Virus record (IMG/VR): IMGVR_UViG_3300047445_000406
Span: 1 to 64,000 of that record
DNA: 64,000 nt
Reading direction: 5' to 3' (one strand)
Source of the DNA: a virus
Shown here: positions 1-9,594 of the stretch, piece after piece
How positions within the stretch are numbered: position 1 is the stretch's first letter
How the letters are laid out: every line of letters begins with the position of its first letter
Notes under the pieces: generated by a model
The model's input: only the letters and a program-made list of their open reading frames with translations
What the model was told of the DNA's origin: nothing
The model's database searches: none
Made by a program: the position numbers and the translations under genes

Positions 1-554
1 AGAATCATTTTTGGTACGTGCCAGCCTTCTTCCACGTTGAAGGGTACGAATTTCTTCAGGGTGCCGACGGCAGCATTGCCAGTGGTGAAGATCTCACCCT
101 GCCATTCCTTCTTGGCCGGGTTCATGCAGGCCACGCGGATGCGCACCAGGCGATTGGCTTCCATGCGGATGCGCTTGCGCTTCTGGTTGTCGGTTTCGGC
201 CGGGGCAAACTTGACAGAATCGTCGTCGGTGTTCTCGATGGCGGTCACGGCGCCGGAGACGACCGGGGCCGGCTCAGCGGAACCTACCGGATTGTCTTCA
301 AAGGTCTGCTCTGCAGCCGTGGTCTGTGCAGTGGATGCAGCAGCAGCAGGCATGCCGGCCGGTTGGGTTGGATTGGCTTCTGCATTCAGGTGGGCAGTGA
401 TCTTCTCGCGCAGTTTGGGGGCGGAGATCGATGGATGGAAGGTCAGGCCCAACAGATTGGCACGCGCCTTCAGCGCTTCCAGATCATCTTCTTGGGTCAG
501 GGCAGCCGGATCCTGGTCCAGCTGGTTCAGGGTGTCATTGGTTTGGTCGCTCAT
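1..554 (-). CDS. N4 gp55-like protein (3' end truncated by window edge)
   Basis: Not in the ORF track. Reading from ATG at 554 gives MSDQTNDTLN...LKARANLLGLTFHPSISAPKLREKI...RLVRIRVACMNPAKKEWQGEIFTTGN...WHVPKMI. Lies directly downstream of the major capsid gene as in N4. Confidence 0.8.
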   Translation of the reverse strand, partial: MSDQTNDTLNQLDQDPAALTQEDDLEALKARANLLGLTFHPSISAPKLREKITAHLNAEANPTQPAGMPAAAASTAQTTAAEQTFEDNPVGSAEPAPVVSGAVTAIENTDDDSVKFAPAETDNQKRKRIRMEANRLVRIRVACMNPAKKEWQGEIFTTGNAAVGTLKKFVPFNVEEGWHVPKMI

Positions 555-592
555 TGCAGTTCTTTCTTTGGTCAGCGGTTAGGAGTTCAAGT

Positions 593-622
593 AAAAAGGA
601 GGAGGCCGGAGCCCCCTCCTTC
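593..622 (-). terminator. Intrinsic terminator after major capsid gene
   Basis: Minus strand GGAGGGGGC-TCCG-GCCTCCTCC followed by TTTTT. Confidence 0.8.
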
Positions 623-631
623 AAGCCAGGA

Positions 632-2044
632 TTACAGCTTGGCAGCGGTCAGGATCAGGCCGATACGTTCAGGACGCAGGGCCATGAAGCCGTAGTACCA
701 CTTGATCGACATGAAGCCGGTTTCACCGTAAGGATCGTTACGGTCGGCGGTTTCCTCGCCTGGCTTCTTGTTGAAGATCTTGAACTTCACGGTCTTGCCG
801 TCGGTCTGGAAACCGATGGTGGTGAACGAACCGTCACCGATGGCCAGCATCGGGAACACGTCGTAGCGGCCGTTGGTTTCATAGCAGATGGCGTCGCCCG
901 AAGCGTCGGCACCAGCACCGGCCCACTTCATCATTTCCGGCACCACGACCACACGCCAGTTGTCGACTGCACCGCGTTCACCGGTGAAGGTGTTGCCGCC
1001 TGCCGAGTACTTCTGGACCGGGATGAAAGCACGCTCGTTGTGCAGGTCTTTCATTGCCATCAGGGTCGGCACCAGCTCGGAACCGCAGTAGATCACACGG
1101 GCCGCGGAGATGGTCTTGGTGTCGACCAGACGGGTACCGGTGATCGCCGTGGTGTGCTTCGGCGTGCGGTTGTTGTCCAGGTCGATGGCCAGGTGCATCA
1201 GGTCGCTGTACGACACCAGGTCATCGGAACCGATGGAGTCCTTGGAGGTCGCATTGCCGGCGTAACGCAGCACGCCAGCGGCGGTCAGCAAGTCGATCTG
1301 CAGCGCGTCTTCAGTGATCTCCGATGCGCCGTTGATCATCTCACGCGACACGTGACGGTCCAGGTCGGCGTCGGTATCGAAGTCCAGGGATTCCTGGGTG
1401 TACTCATCGAAGAAGCCGAACTTCTCGAAGGTACCTTCCAGTTCCACACGCTTGAAACCCACGCGGTTGACACGGCCACCGGTTTCCGACAGCACAGGCA
1501 GCTTGCCGGAGATGGTACCCACGTCTTTGGACGAGCCGTACAGGTTACCGGAGCCTTGCAGCACCACGGCGCCCAGGTTCAGGGCGGTGATGGCGTTGGC
1601 CTTGGCGACGGAAGCCACCTTGAACTGAGACTTGGACAGGGTCACGGTGGCAAAGCCCACACCCGCAGAACCGTCGGCACCAGCAACTGCAGTCACGCCG
1701 TCGGCGTTGTCGGCCAGGGCGGCAGCCGCAGCAGCTTTACCGGCGTTGGCGACGGACAGCACCAGGCGCGGCATGGTGACGTAGTACTGGGCATTGGTGA
1801 TGGCCACGCCGGCAGCGTCGATACCCTGGTCGTTGATGTTGGCGTCATCCAGCAGCGGGATGTAGTGGTACTGCTTGATCTTCTTGCCGAAGTTCTTCGG
1901 CATGGAGCGCACGTCGGCGAGCTGGGTAAAGTATTGCTCTTTACGCGCCTCGATCAGTGCTTCCTTGTAGTAGTAGTGGGTCTGCAGCTGCGTGCCGATG
2001 GACGATGGATCGCCATTAGCTGGATCGTTATATTCGCGTCCCAT
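632..2044 (-). CDS. Major capsid protein (N4 gp56 family)
   Basis: Motifs [58 protein letters not shown] match the recalled N4 capsid protein. Confidence 0.96.
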   Translation of the reverse strand: MGREYNDPANGDPSSIGTQLQTHYYYKEALIEARKEQYFTQLADVRSMPKNFGKKIKQYHYIPLLDDANINDQGIDAAGVAITNAQYYVTMPRLVLSVANAGKAAAAAALADNADGVTAVAGADGSAGVGFATVTLSKSQFKVASVAKANAITALNLGAVVLQGSGNLYGSSKDVGTISGKLPVLSETGGRVNRVGFKRVELEGTFEKFGFFDEYTQESLDFDTDADLDRHVSREMINGASEITEDALQIDLLTAAGVLRYAGNATSKDSIGSDDLVSYSDLMHLAIDLDNNRTPKHTTAITGTRLVDTKTISAARVIYCGSELVPTLMAMKDLHNERAFIPVQKYSAGGNTFTGERGAVDNWRVVVVPEMMKWAGAGADASGDAICYETNGRYDVFPMLAIGDGSFTTIGFQTDGKTVKFKIFNKKPGEETADRNDPYGETGFMSIKWYYGFMALRPERIGLILTAAKL

Positions 2045-2057
2045 GGTTCAGTTTCCT

Positions 2058-3398
2058 TTAGAAGTTGGGTTTGAGTTTGGCAAATTCTTCGTCAGGCAAA
2101 GACAGTGGATCGAAATCCATCTTGGCTTTGCCGGTCGGTGCGGCGCCTTTGGCCGGAGCCGCAGCACGACGCTGTTCTTCACGTTTGCTGTCATCCGCCT
2201 TCTTCGGTGATGGCTGAACGACGGTCTTCGCCACGGTAGTTTGTTGCCCACCTGCGCCCGGCTGGCCGGCCGGATTCAAGATGTGGTCAAACTTACCGTC
2301 CGCTGCCATCGCATCCCCAACTTGCCGGTATGCTTCCAGATCAGACAAACCATTCAGGCCGCCAAACAGCTTCTTGCGTTCCATTTCCGTTGCGATCAGA
2401 TCGTAGATACCGGACTCCATGTGCCCGTTAATGACCTTCAGCATTTGCGGATGTCCTGCAATCATCTGCTTGCTCTTGGCATCCCACTGGTTGCCCACCA
2501 GGTCGAGTGTCGCATCGCGCTTGGGAGAGTCTTTCATCTCATCCAGCACTTGGTCGAGTTCGACTTCGGTGTCATGCACCTTGTGGTTGCCAGGCGTGTA
2601 ACCGCCTGCCTTTTCCGCGGAGATATCCAGGGGATCGATCCCCGCGTCTTTTACCAGCTTGCTGATCGCTTCCGGGTTTTTCTTGTCCAGATCGATCAGG
2701 AAGCTCAGTTTGGTGGGATCCAGGAGAGCGTTGTTCTCCAACATCTTCAGGATCGCCAGGTGAGGCTTCATGCCGGCCATCTTCTTGTTGTAGTTGGCTC
2801 CCATCTGCATCAGGCGACGGGCTTCATCCACACTCTCAACTTTGATGTCACGGCCATTGGCTTTGAAGGGCTTCAGCAGCTCTTCATATTGCGTTTTGTA
2901 GTCCACGACTCCGGCCGCGTCCGCCTTACCCTGCGGGTCGGCGGCCTTGCCGTCGTTAGCACCTTCAGTACCCTTTCCAGCCGGGTCTTGCTCGCCGGCC
3001 TTAGTGTCCTGTTTTACAAATTTGCCATCGGGACCACGCTTGGCAGCACCGTCACCATTAGCATTCGCGTCATCCGCAGCCTTGCCAGCAGCCGGATCGG
3101 CGCCTTCCGTGCCTGCCTGTGCAGCTTGCGCTGCCGCTTCTTCTGCTGCTTTGCGGGCTGCTTCTTCATCGTCATCGCCTTCGTTGGTGGCATCGGCGTT
3201 GGCAGCTGCAGCCTGGGCAGCAGCGTCTTCAGCAGCCTTGCGCTCTTCCTCTTCACGGGCCAGACGCGCTGCCTCATCCTCATCGGAGGAGGTGCTGCTG
3301 GCAGCCGGTGCGGAGAAGGAACCGCCCTGCTTCATGAACTCCTCATCGGAGAGTTCGAGGACCGAACTTTGATCCTGGTCTTGGTTATCGCCGGCCAT
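2058..3398 (-). CDS. N4 gp57-like protein (often annotated tape measure; possibly scaffold)
   Basis: Acidic Ala-rich N-terminus plus conserved PFKANG...LMQMGANYNKKM...LSFLIDLDKKNPEAI core; immediately upstream of the capsid gene. Confidence 0.85.
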   Translation of the reverse strand: MAGDNQDQDQSSVLELSDEEFMKQGGSFSAPAASSTSSDEDEAARLAREEEERKAAEDAAAQAAAANADATNEGDDDEEAARKAAEEAAAQAAQAGTEGADPAAGKAADDANANGDGAAKRGPDGKFVKQDTKAGEQDPAGKGTEGANDGKAADPQGKADAAGVVDYKTQYEELLKPFKANGRDIKVESVDEARRLMQMGANYNKKMAGMKPHLAILKMLENNALLDPTKLSFLIDLDKKNPEAISKLVKDAGIDPLDISAEKAGGYTPGNHKVHDTEVELDQVLDEMKDSPKRDATLDLVGNQWDAKSKQMIAGHPQMLKVINGHMESGIYDLIATEMERKKLFGGLNGLSDLEAYRQVGDAMAADGKFDHILNPAGQPGAGGQQTTVAKTVVQPSPKKADDSKREEQRRAAAPAKGAAPTGKAKMDFDPLSLPDEEFAKLKPNF

Positions 3399-3745
3399 TA
3401 TTCAGCCTCCTCTTGTTCGATCTCCTGCTTCTGCGCTTCGGCATCGGCGATCGAGCGTTCCGCGTCACGGCCTTTAAAGGCCACCACGTCAAGGAAGGTC
3501 TTGAACGAACCCACACCGTCGATGTCGCGCAGGATGCCGGCCTGTTGCAGGGGCTCCTGCAGCTGGGGGTCACCGCGCAGGTGCACCAGACGGATGGCTT
3601 CGTCTTTCAGGTAGCCTTCGATGACTACCTTCTTGAAGTCCGGGTTGGTCAGCAGGCGAGCCAAGGCTTTGCCCACCTCCAGGGTTTCCTTGGCCGATTC
3701 GATCTGGCGATCCAGCGCGGCAAGTTGTTGTTCGTTGTCGGTCAT
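3398..3745 (-). CDS. N4 gp58-like protein
   Basis: L-RL--NPDFKKVV-EGYL-DEAIRLV motif; lies between portal and gp57-like genes. Confidence 0.8.
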   Translation of the reverse strand: MTDNEQQLAALDRQIESAKETLEVGKALARLLTNPDFKKVVIEGYLKDEAIRLVHLRGDPQLQEPLQQAGILRDIDGVGSFKTFLDVVAFKGRDAERSIADAEAQKQEIEQEEAE

Positions 3746-3793
3746 GGTTTTCTACTAGTGCTTTCTAAAAGGTAATAGAAGTGTTTCGTCGCT

Positions 3794-3821
3794 ACTATAG
3801 CTAAAAATCAACTTATCGCAA
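3794..3821 (-). promoter_or_regulatory. Putative sigma70-type late promoter
   Basis: Minus strand TTGCGA-N16-TATAGT in an AT-rich gap upstream of the gp58-like gene. Confidence 0.45.
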
Positions 3822-3829
3822 AGAAATAT

Positions 3830-6013
3830 TTACTTGCCCTTTGGTTTGCGCAGTTCCAGGTAGTGTTCCAGCATCTTCAGTCCGCCTTGAGCACGGGCTT
3901 GCTCTCCTTGTTTCTGGAGATCGCGCTCTTGCTTGACACCGGATTCCTGCTCAACGAAGTCCAGGTTCTGTTGGTCAGTAGCCGAATTGAGGTTTGCTGC
4001 CTTGGCACCTTCGGTAACCGTCTTGGCATCTGCCAAACCAGCTTCCTTGAGCGTTTTCTCCGCTTTGGCACGGATCTCAGCAATCTCAGCCTCGATCTTG
4101 GCGATCTCCAGCTCCTGCATCTTCTGTGCAACAGGATCTGGTTCTGGCTTGAACGACTCAATACGCTTGGCAAGGTCCGGCATTTTGCGCAATTTGGCGA
4201 TGTCGGACAGGATCATCTTGGCCAAGCCAGGATCGGCAGTGTTGCCCATGGTTTGGAGCATGAAAGCCAGCTCTGAAGCCTTGTGCTCGTCTTCCTCAGC
4301 CGTGCTGATGGACAGCTTGAGGTCGAAGTTGCCGGCCAGGTCATCGCGTTTGATGGCCACGTAGTCTTCATCGGTGACCCGGATCACCTCTTCCTCGCTC
4401 AGCCACTCGCTGTTCATGGCGATGATCTTGCGGCCGATCTCGATAATGCCGGCCGACAGGCGACGCAGGATGCCCAACTCACGCTTGGAGGCCGCATCCA
4501 GTGCACCACGCACGCCAGCCGCAACATCGCCGAGGGAGGCGCCGGAAACGCCCTGGCTGAAGCTGCGCACACCGGTCAGCGATTCCGCTTCCTGGTTCAT
4601 CAGCTGCGTCATGACAATGGCCGACTGCGGGATTTCCGGGTAGGTGTGGGTGTACACGCCCTGGCGAGGATCCACATTGCCGTTGAACTCGTAATCCAGG
4701 CCTTTCTCGAACTTGCGCTTGTTGGTCGCATCGAGCATGTCCTTGCGCATGCCGGTCTGGCTGTTGGCCGACTTGCCCATCAGGTCGATCATGCCGCGCA
4801 TCACGGCACCAAGGATCTTCTGGTTTTCTTCCAGCAGGGCGCCGTCCGGCTCGCCATAGTTAGAGTTCCGTACCGGCAGGTACTTGACGATCACATACGG
4901 CAGTTTCTTGTCCGGGAAGGGCAGCTTCTCCATGCGGATGATCTGGTTGCCCACCCAGGTGGCCAGGATCGGTTGCACGATGCCGGTGTTGTCGATGTCC
5001 CAGAAGCCAGAGAACTCATAGGCCACGAATTTGGTGCGGGGCTGGTCCTGGAAGTTGAAATTCGACACGCCCAGGCTGGCGGCATGGTCCGGTTCAGCCA
5101 GCGGGCTGTTCTGGTTGACCATGATCTTATCCAGGTTCTTGTAGCGGCCGTCCTCCTTCAGCGTTGACAGGTAGGTTTCAAAGCTGTGGATGATGAACTG
5201 GGCCTTATCGACCTTGCCCTTGGCCATCGGATCGATGACCACATTGCGGAAGTCGCAGATTTCCACGGTCGGCTTGTTGCACAAGACCTTCTTCTTCTCC
5301 GTGGTCTGCCAGTCACCATCCTGCAGGATTTCCGGACGCACCGGTGTGCCCTGTTCCGCCGTCATGCGCAGGGCTTCCTTCATTTCATCGGGGACTTCAT
5401 CACGGAAACGGCGTGGATCCTGCACCTTCATCTGCATCAAGGCCTGGATGGCCGGCGCAAATTCAGGATCCAGCACGTACTGCACCGGCGGGGCTTGTTC
5501 CTGAGAGACTTCGGCCCGGTATTCCCAGCCGAGTTTAACGATGATCGTGCCCTCATCGACGCCGGTACGCACGTATTCATCAATGAATTCCTGCTTGTCG
5601 AAACAGGTATTGAACTGGTGATTGAGCACCAGCTGGTTCTGCTGGGCTGCACCGCGATCGGCCCAGGTCACTGGCGCCACGTTGTACACATCCTCGGTGC
5701 TGAGGAAAGGCTCGGACAGGGCGGCATACCGCCACTCGGCCTGTTTGCGGATCAGCTTGGGCTGGACCGAGGAGCTGCCCTTCACTGGTTTGATGGCGGC
5801 CTTGCCTTGCACATGCAGGTTATCCAGCCAACTCTCGATCTTGCTCTTCTGCACCTGGTGCAGGTCGCGGGAATCCTCCAGATGCTGCTTGAGCTGCATC
5901 AAGGTGGGCTCGTTTGCCCAATCGGTGAGCTTGGTGACGCTGTTCTCTTCCCTTTTCGGGGAATCATCCGTCACCTCTGCTTCATCGTTGGTATTGATCT
6001 CAGCTTCAGCCAT
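3830..6013 (-). CDS. Portal protein (N4 gp59 family)
   Basis: 727 aa; KLTDWANEPTL, SSVQPKLIRKQAEWRYAALSEPFL, LDAASKRELGILRRL, LDFVEQESGVKQER motifs. Confidence 0.95.
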   Translation of the reverse strand: MAEAEINTNDEAEVTDDSPKREENSVTKLTDWANEPTLMQLKQHLEDSRDLHQVQKSKIESWLDNLHVQGKAAIKPVKGSSSVQPKLIRKQAEWRYAALSEPFLSTEDVYNVAPVTWADRGAAQQNQLVLNHQFNTCFDKQEFIDEYVRTGVDEGTIIVKLGWEYRAEVSQEQAPPVQYVLDPEFAPAIQALMQMKVQDPRRFRDEVPDEMKEALRMTAEQGTPVRPEILQDGDWQTTEKKKVLCNKPTVEICDFRNVVIDPMAKGKVDKAQFIIHSFETYLSTLKEDGRYKNLDKIMVNQNSPLAEPDHAASLGVSNFNFQDQPRTKFVAYEFSGFWDIDNTGIVQPILATWVGNQIIRMEKLPFPDKKLPYVIVKYLPVRNSNYGEPDGALLEENQKILGAVMRGMIDLMGKSANSQTGMRKDMLDATNKRKFEKGLDYEFNGNVDPRQGVYTHTYPEIPQSAIVMTQLMNQEAESLTGVRSFSQGVSGASLGDVAAGVRGALDAASKRELGILRRLSAGIIEIGRKIIAMNSEWLSEEEVIRVTDEDYVAIKRDDLAGNFDLKLSISTAEEDEHKASELAFMLQTMGNTADPGLAKMILSDIAKLRKMPDLAKRIESFKPEPDPVAQKMQELEIAKIEAEIAEIRAKAEKTLKEAGLADAKTVTEGAKAANLNSATDQQNLDFVEQESGVKQERDLQKQGEQARAQGGLKMLEHYLELRKPKGK

Positions 6014-6032
6014 GGTTGTCCTGGGGTTAAGT

Positions 6033-6061
6033 TTGAATTACACGTTAGCAAGCATTATCAT
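6033..6061 (+). promoter_or_regulatory. Putative sigma70-type promoter for dUTPase
   Basis: TTGAAT-N17-TATCAT upstream of RBS AAGGA and ATG 6094. Confidence 0.5.
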
Positions 6062-6093
6062 ATACAACATTTCTCCCTGTAAAGGAACTTCCA

Positions 6094-6516
6094 ATGAACA
6101 TTCTCCCGCTGCACTCCCGTTTCGAGATGCCTACCCGTGGTTCCGACCACGCTGCCGGCTATGACATCGCCATGCCGAATGACGGTTTCGTGCTGCATGG
6201 CGTAGCCCAGAAAGTGGCCCTGGGCTTTGCGGCCGAGGTACCCGAAGGCTATATGGCCATGCTGCTGCCACGCTCCGGGATTGGCTTCAAGAAGGGGGTC
6301 GAGCTGCACAATACGGCCGGCATCATTGATGCGGACTACCGCGGCGAGTGGTTCGCCAGCCTGCACATCAAGACCGGCATCCGTTTCGACTGGCTGGCCG
6401 GCGAGAAGCTGCTGCAGTTTATCCTGGTTCCGATTCACACTCCGATTCTGGAGCGTGTAGACTCCATTTCCGATACCCTACGTGGTGCCGGGGGTCTGGG
6501 TTCTACCGGTAAATAA
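6094..6516 (+). CDS. dut: Trimeric dUTPase
   Basis: All five motifs present: AAGYDI, PRSG, GIIDADYRGE, LQ, RGAGGLGSTG. Confidence 0.95.
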   Translation: MNILPLHSRFEMPTRGSDHAAGYDIAMPNDGFVLHGVAQKVALGFAAEVPEGYMAMLLPRSGIGFKKGVELHNTAGIIDADYRGEWFASLHIKTGIRFDWLAGEKLLQFILVPIHTPILERVDSISDTLRGAGGLGSTGK

Positions 6517-6536
6517 CTGTTTTTAAAGGAGAAACC

Positions 6537-6779
6537 ATGTCTGACAAGCGTACCCTGGTGTTTGCCTACACTGCTCCCTTTGCCATGTACCCGGAATTCG
6601 TCAATGTCTCCGGCCAGGACAATGGTTCGACCATCATGACCGTCCGTACCCAGGGTGATCAGATCCCCAGCAAGATCAACCTGCCGCCCGACCAGTGCCT
6701 GTTGCTGGGCCAGGCCTTGATCCAGCGTGCGGAAGAAGTACTGGGCGTGACCAGAGACACAAAGGACACCGCAGGTTAG
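6537..6779 (+). CDS. Hypothetical protein
   Basis: Strong RBS AAGGAG, phage-like codon usage. Confidence 0.7.
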   Translation: MSDKRTLVFAYTAPFAMYPEFVNVSGQDNGSTIMTVRTQGDQIPSKINLPPDQCLLLGQALIQRAEEVLGVTRDTKDTAG

Positions 6780-6799
6780 TGTTCACTAACTTATCACCC

Positions 6800-6838
6800 A
6801 AAAAGAAGCCCCCAAGGTGTTATCCGAGGGGGCTTTTC
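6800..6838. terminator. Bidirectional intrinsic terminator
   Basis: AAAAAGAAGCCCCC...GGGGGCTTTTC between convergent transcription units. Confidence 0.75.
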
Positions 6839-6872
6839 AAGAGGGATGTCAACTTTACAGAGAGGAATCTTT

Positions 6873-6900
6873 AATATAAACCAAGATTCCTGCTTGTCAA
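6873..6900 (-). promoter_or_regulatory. Sigma70-like promoter overlapped by a 9-bp inverted repeat
   Basis: Minus strand TTGACA-N16-TATATT; AGGAATCTT/AAGATTCCT inverted repeat at 6863-6891. Confidence 0.45.
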
Positions 6901-6916
6901 GATTGATTCAAACGAA

Positions 6917-7690
6917 TCACACGAAGCCCCGTTCTTCAAACTTGCCCTCCGCCCCCCGCTGCTGCACTTCCATGCCATCCATCTTCAGGCGAGCACACTC
7001 GTTCTCGTACTTGGCGGCGTAGGTATTGCCGGCATTGAACTCCTGTCCCAGACCCACCGGATTGTTGGCTCGGCTGGCCACGTAGTACAGCAGCGCCGTC
7101 AGGTGCGAGTAGGGCAGTTCGATCTCCAGGCGATCGGGATCGAAGGCACCCACGTTAGGGTCAATCAGCGCGTGATTGGCCCGGTACACCACACTCAAGC
7201 CAGAGGTGAGCAACTGGGTGGGCAGGGACGGGTTTTGCGTCACGATCGACAGCGGCACCTCCAACCGGTTCATGGCCGAAGTCAGCAGCGAATGCGGCTG
7301 GTCCAGGCGGTTGAGCGGCAGCTCATAGTCGCCATCGGTGTACACCCGCGTGATCAGCAGCACGTCATCGCGGAAAGGATCGGCCAGCGAATCCAGAATG
7401 TAAGGCATGGGTGCTGCAGGAGCGGGTGGGATGGTGGGCTTGTACTTGGTCACTGCCCGTTTACTGGTCAGCAGGTAGCTGGTGGTGGGGCCATCCGGGT
7501 CCAGATCCAGCACCAGGCGTTTGACCCGCAGCTCGAAGCGCGTAAACAAGTCCGTCAGGCCCAGGTTCACGTGCGACAGCACCTTGTCGATGGCGTCGTC
7601 GGTGTCAATAATCCCCTGGCCGGCGCCGAAGTTCAGCTGGCTGAACTCGGCCGCCTTCAGGTGGTTGAAAATCTCTTGTAGTTTCATCAT
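6917..7690 (-). CDS. N4 gp67-like virion (head-tail adaptor) protein
   Basis: MKLQEIF-HL--AEFSQL, N-GLTDLFTRF, VVYRANH, LLYYVASRA, KF--RGFV; downstream of the terminase gene. Confidence 0.85.
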   Translation of the reverse strand: MMKLQEIFNHLKAAEFSQLNFGAGQGIIDTDDAIDKVLSHVNLGLTDLFTRFELRVKRLVLDLDPDGPTTSYLLTSKRAVTKYKPTIPPAPAAPMPYILDSLADPFRDDVLLITRVYTDGDYELPLNRLDQPHSLLTSAMNRLEVPLSIVTQNPSLPTQLLTSGLSVVYRANHALIDPNVGAFDPDRLEIELPYSHLTALLYYVASRANNPVGLGQEFNAGNTYAAKYENECARLKMDGMEVQQRGAEGKFEERGFV

Positions 7691-7696
7691 CTTCCT

Positions 7697-9412
7697 TTAA
7701 ACGATGTAGTTGCTGATGCGATTGACTGGTTCTTCGTGGTCTTCCAGTTCCCATACCTCGCCGTCGGAGGTCTGTACCGTAGCTTCCTCAGAAGGGCGCC
7801 AGGCATTGAGCAACGGCAATTGCGAAATAGTATCAATAAAGTCATCGTGTTTCGACTTGAAACCAGATTGCGAAGCCAGGGAAAGCTCGGTCACGGCCTC
7901 GACCATGATGTGCCCGGTCTTCATCTCCTGGGGGAAATACATCTTGCCCAGCTTGAACAGGGGCAGGGCCACGTTGAAGCGCTGCAGCTTGTTGGTCGTG
8001 GGCCGGATACCGGGCTCGTTCTTGTTGCCCTCGGAGGCGAAGGTGAAGTAGACGTTGCGTTCCAGCTGCTGCTCCTGAATCCAGGGAATGAAGCCGGCCT
8101 GCTGCCCGGTGACCTCGATGCCCACCGAAGACGGCTTGTAGATCTGGCACAGGCGGAACAGGTCGTTCATGGTTTTACCCATGTCCTGGCGGGCGCAGAT
8201 GCCATCCACCCAGAACCAGTCGCCGGCATGGTTCAGTGCCCATACCGAAATCACGCTGTAATCGGAACTCTGCTTGGCCGAGGTGGCGAAGTCGGTGGTG
8301 ATGTAGAAATTGAAGCGGCCCTTGTGGGCCAGCACATGCTCCCGCTTGTACCACTTGATTTCCGAGTCCAGCACCAGGCGGTCTTCCTCGCTCATGATGC
8401 GCAGCATCAGCTCCTGGTTGAAGGTGTCCACCTTGCCCAGCTTGACTGCCGTGTCGTACTGGGTCTTCACGTAGTCATAGGTGAAACGGTCGGGCCAGCT
8501 GCCACGAAATTCCTCCCGTGTGCACGGGTACTGCTCGCACACCGGGAATACATTCACGGCCCAGGCGCCGGACTCCACTGCCTTGTACAAGGGATCCTTG
8601 GCGTTGAACGGAGTACCGGACCAGATGATCATGTTCTGCTTCGGATGCAGCGCATAGTTGACCGCCTTGTACACGGTGTCCTCTACCGCGGCAATCACCG
8701 TCGCCGAGCGTGCATCCTCATCGCTGATCAAGTCATCCAGTATGGCCAGTTGCGGACGCTGGCCCAGTTCCTTGGCACCGCGGACACCGGTCTTGGCACC
8801 ATAGCCTTTGACGATGAATACATTGCCGGACAGGTTCTTAAACTCCCAGCGGATGTCGGTGAACTTGGCTTCCGGGATGTACTGGCGCAGGAAGTCGGAA
8901 TTCTCATAGCGGAACTCCAGGTTCTTGCGCATGTTCTTGACGCCGTTCTCGATCGAGTCTGACACATACAGGGCCAGGTTCACCTTGCCGAAACCAGGAA
9001 TCTCACCATACACGCCGATGAACAGGCACAGGTACTCACCCATCACAGTGGTCTTGGCAATACCCCGGTGGCACAGGTTCAGAACACGGGCGCCCCGGTG
9101 CGTCAGGGTGTCCAGCATCTTGTAGTGGACGATCGGGGTCTTGTTCTCCTCCCCATCGACACCATTCACCAGCTTGATGAAGTTGACGAACTCCAGAGCA
9201 AACAGGGACGGGACATAGTTCAAGTCCACCTTGTAGTCGGTGGCATTGAGGTAATCCTCCACCTTCCACGGTGTGTCATCGGCATGGAAGCCGTACCTGG
9301 CTTTACTGATGGCCTTGTGCGCAGCGGCGGCCGCCAGGCCAGACGCAAGCACGGCAGACACCGGGTCGGTGGGATTGGTTTCCGGGTAAATGGAATGTAG
9401 GTTCCTGCTCAT
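7697..9412 (-). CDS. terL: Terminase large subunit (N4 gp68 family)
   Basis: Walker A-like HRGIAKTT, Walker B LAILDDL, nuclease motifs ITTDFATS and KHDDFIDTIS. Confidence 0.95.
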   Translation of the reverse strand: MSRNLHSIYPETNPTDPVSAVLASGLAAAAAHKAISKARYGFHADDTPWKVEDYLNATDYKVDLNYVPSLFALEFVNFIKLVNGVDGEENKTPIVHYKMLDTLTHRGARVLNLCHRGIAKTTVMGEYLCLFIGVYGEIPGFGKVNLALYVSDSIENGVKNMRKNLEFRYENSDFLRQYIPEAKFTDIRWEFKNLSGNVFIVKGYGAKTGVRGAKELGQRPQLAILDDLISDEDARSATVIAAVEDTVYKAVNYALHPKQNMIIWSGTPFNAKDPLYKAVESGAWAVNVFPVCEQYPCTREEFRGSWPDRFTYDYVKTQYDTAVKLGKVDTFNQELMLRIMSEEDRLVLDSEIKWYKREHVLAHKGRFNFYITTDFATSAKQSSDYSVISVWALNHAGDWFWVDGICARQDMGKTMNDLFRLCQIYKPSSVGIEVTGQQAGFIPWIQEQQLERNVYFTFASEGNKNEPGIRPTTNKLQRFNVALPLFKLGKMYFPQEMKTGHIMVEAVTELSLASQSGFKSKHDDFIDTISQLPLLNAWRPSEEATVQTSDGEVWELEDHEEPVNRISNYIV

Positions 9413-9594
9413 TATCGGCAGCCCTTTCCAAAGCAGATGTCCAGGCCCAGGCCAAACATGGCACCGCCCACAATCAAGGCCAGCACCCAGTTGAAATCGG
9501 AAGCCAGAAAAACAAACATGCCAACTACCAGGGCCGGTACCAGGGAAAACAGGATGCCGGCCAGGATGGCTTCGGTACGCCGACTCAGCTTCAT
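9412..9594 (-). CDS. Small two-TM membrane protein
   Basis: Two hydrophobic segments; translationally coupled to both neighbours. Confidence 0.6.
   Translation of the reverse strand: MKLSRRTEAILAGILFSLVPALVVGMFVFLASDFNWVLALIVGGAMFGLGLDICFGKGCR

Noticed and set aside
431-2074. Long antisense ORFs (e.g. 431-2074 +, 7736-8962 +, 29000-31459 -, 35538-37319 -, 55201-57489 -)
   Set aside because: They mirror well-identified genes on the opposite strand, lack RBSs and motifs, and are expected shadows of high-GC3 codon usage.
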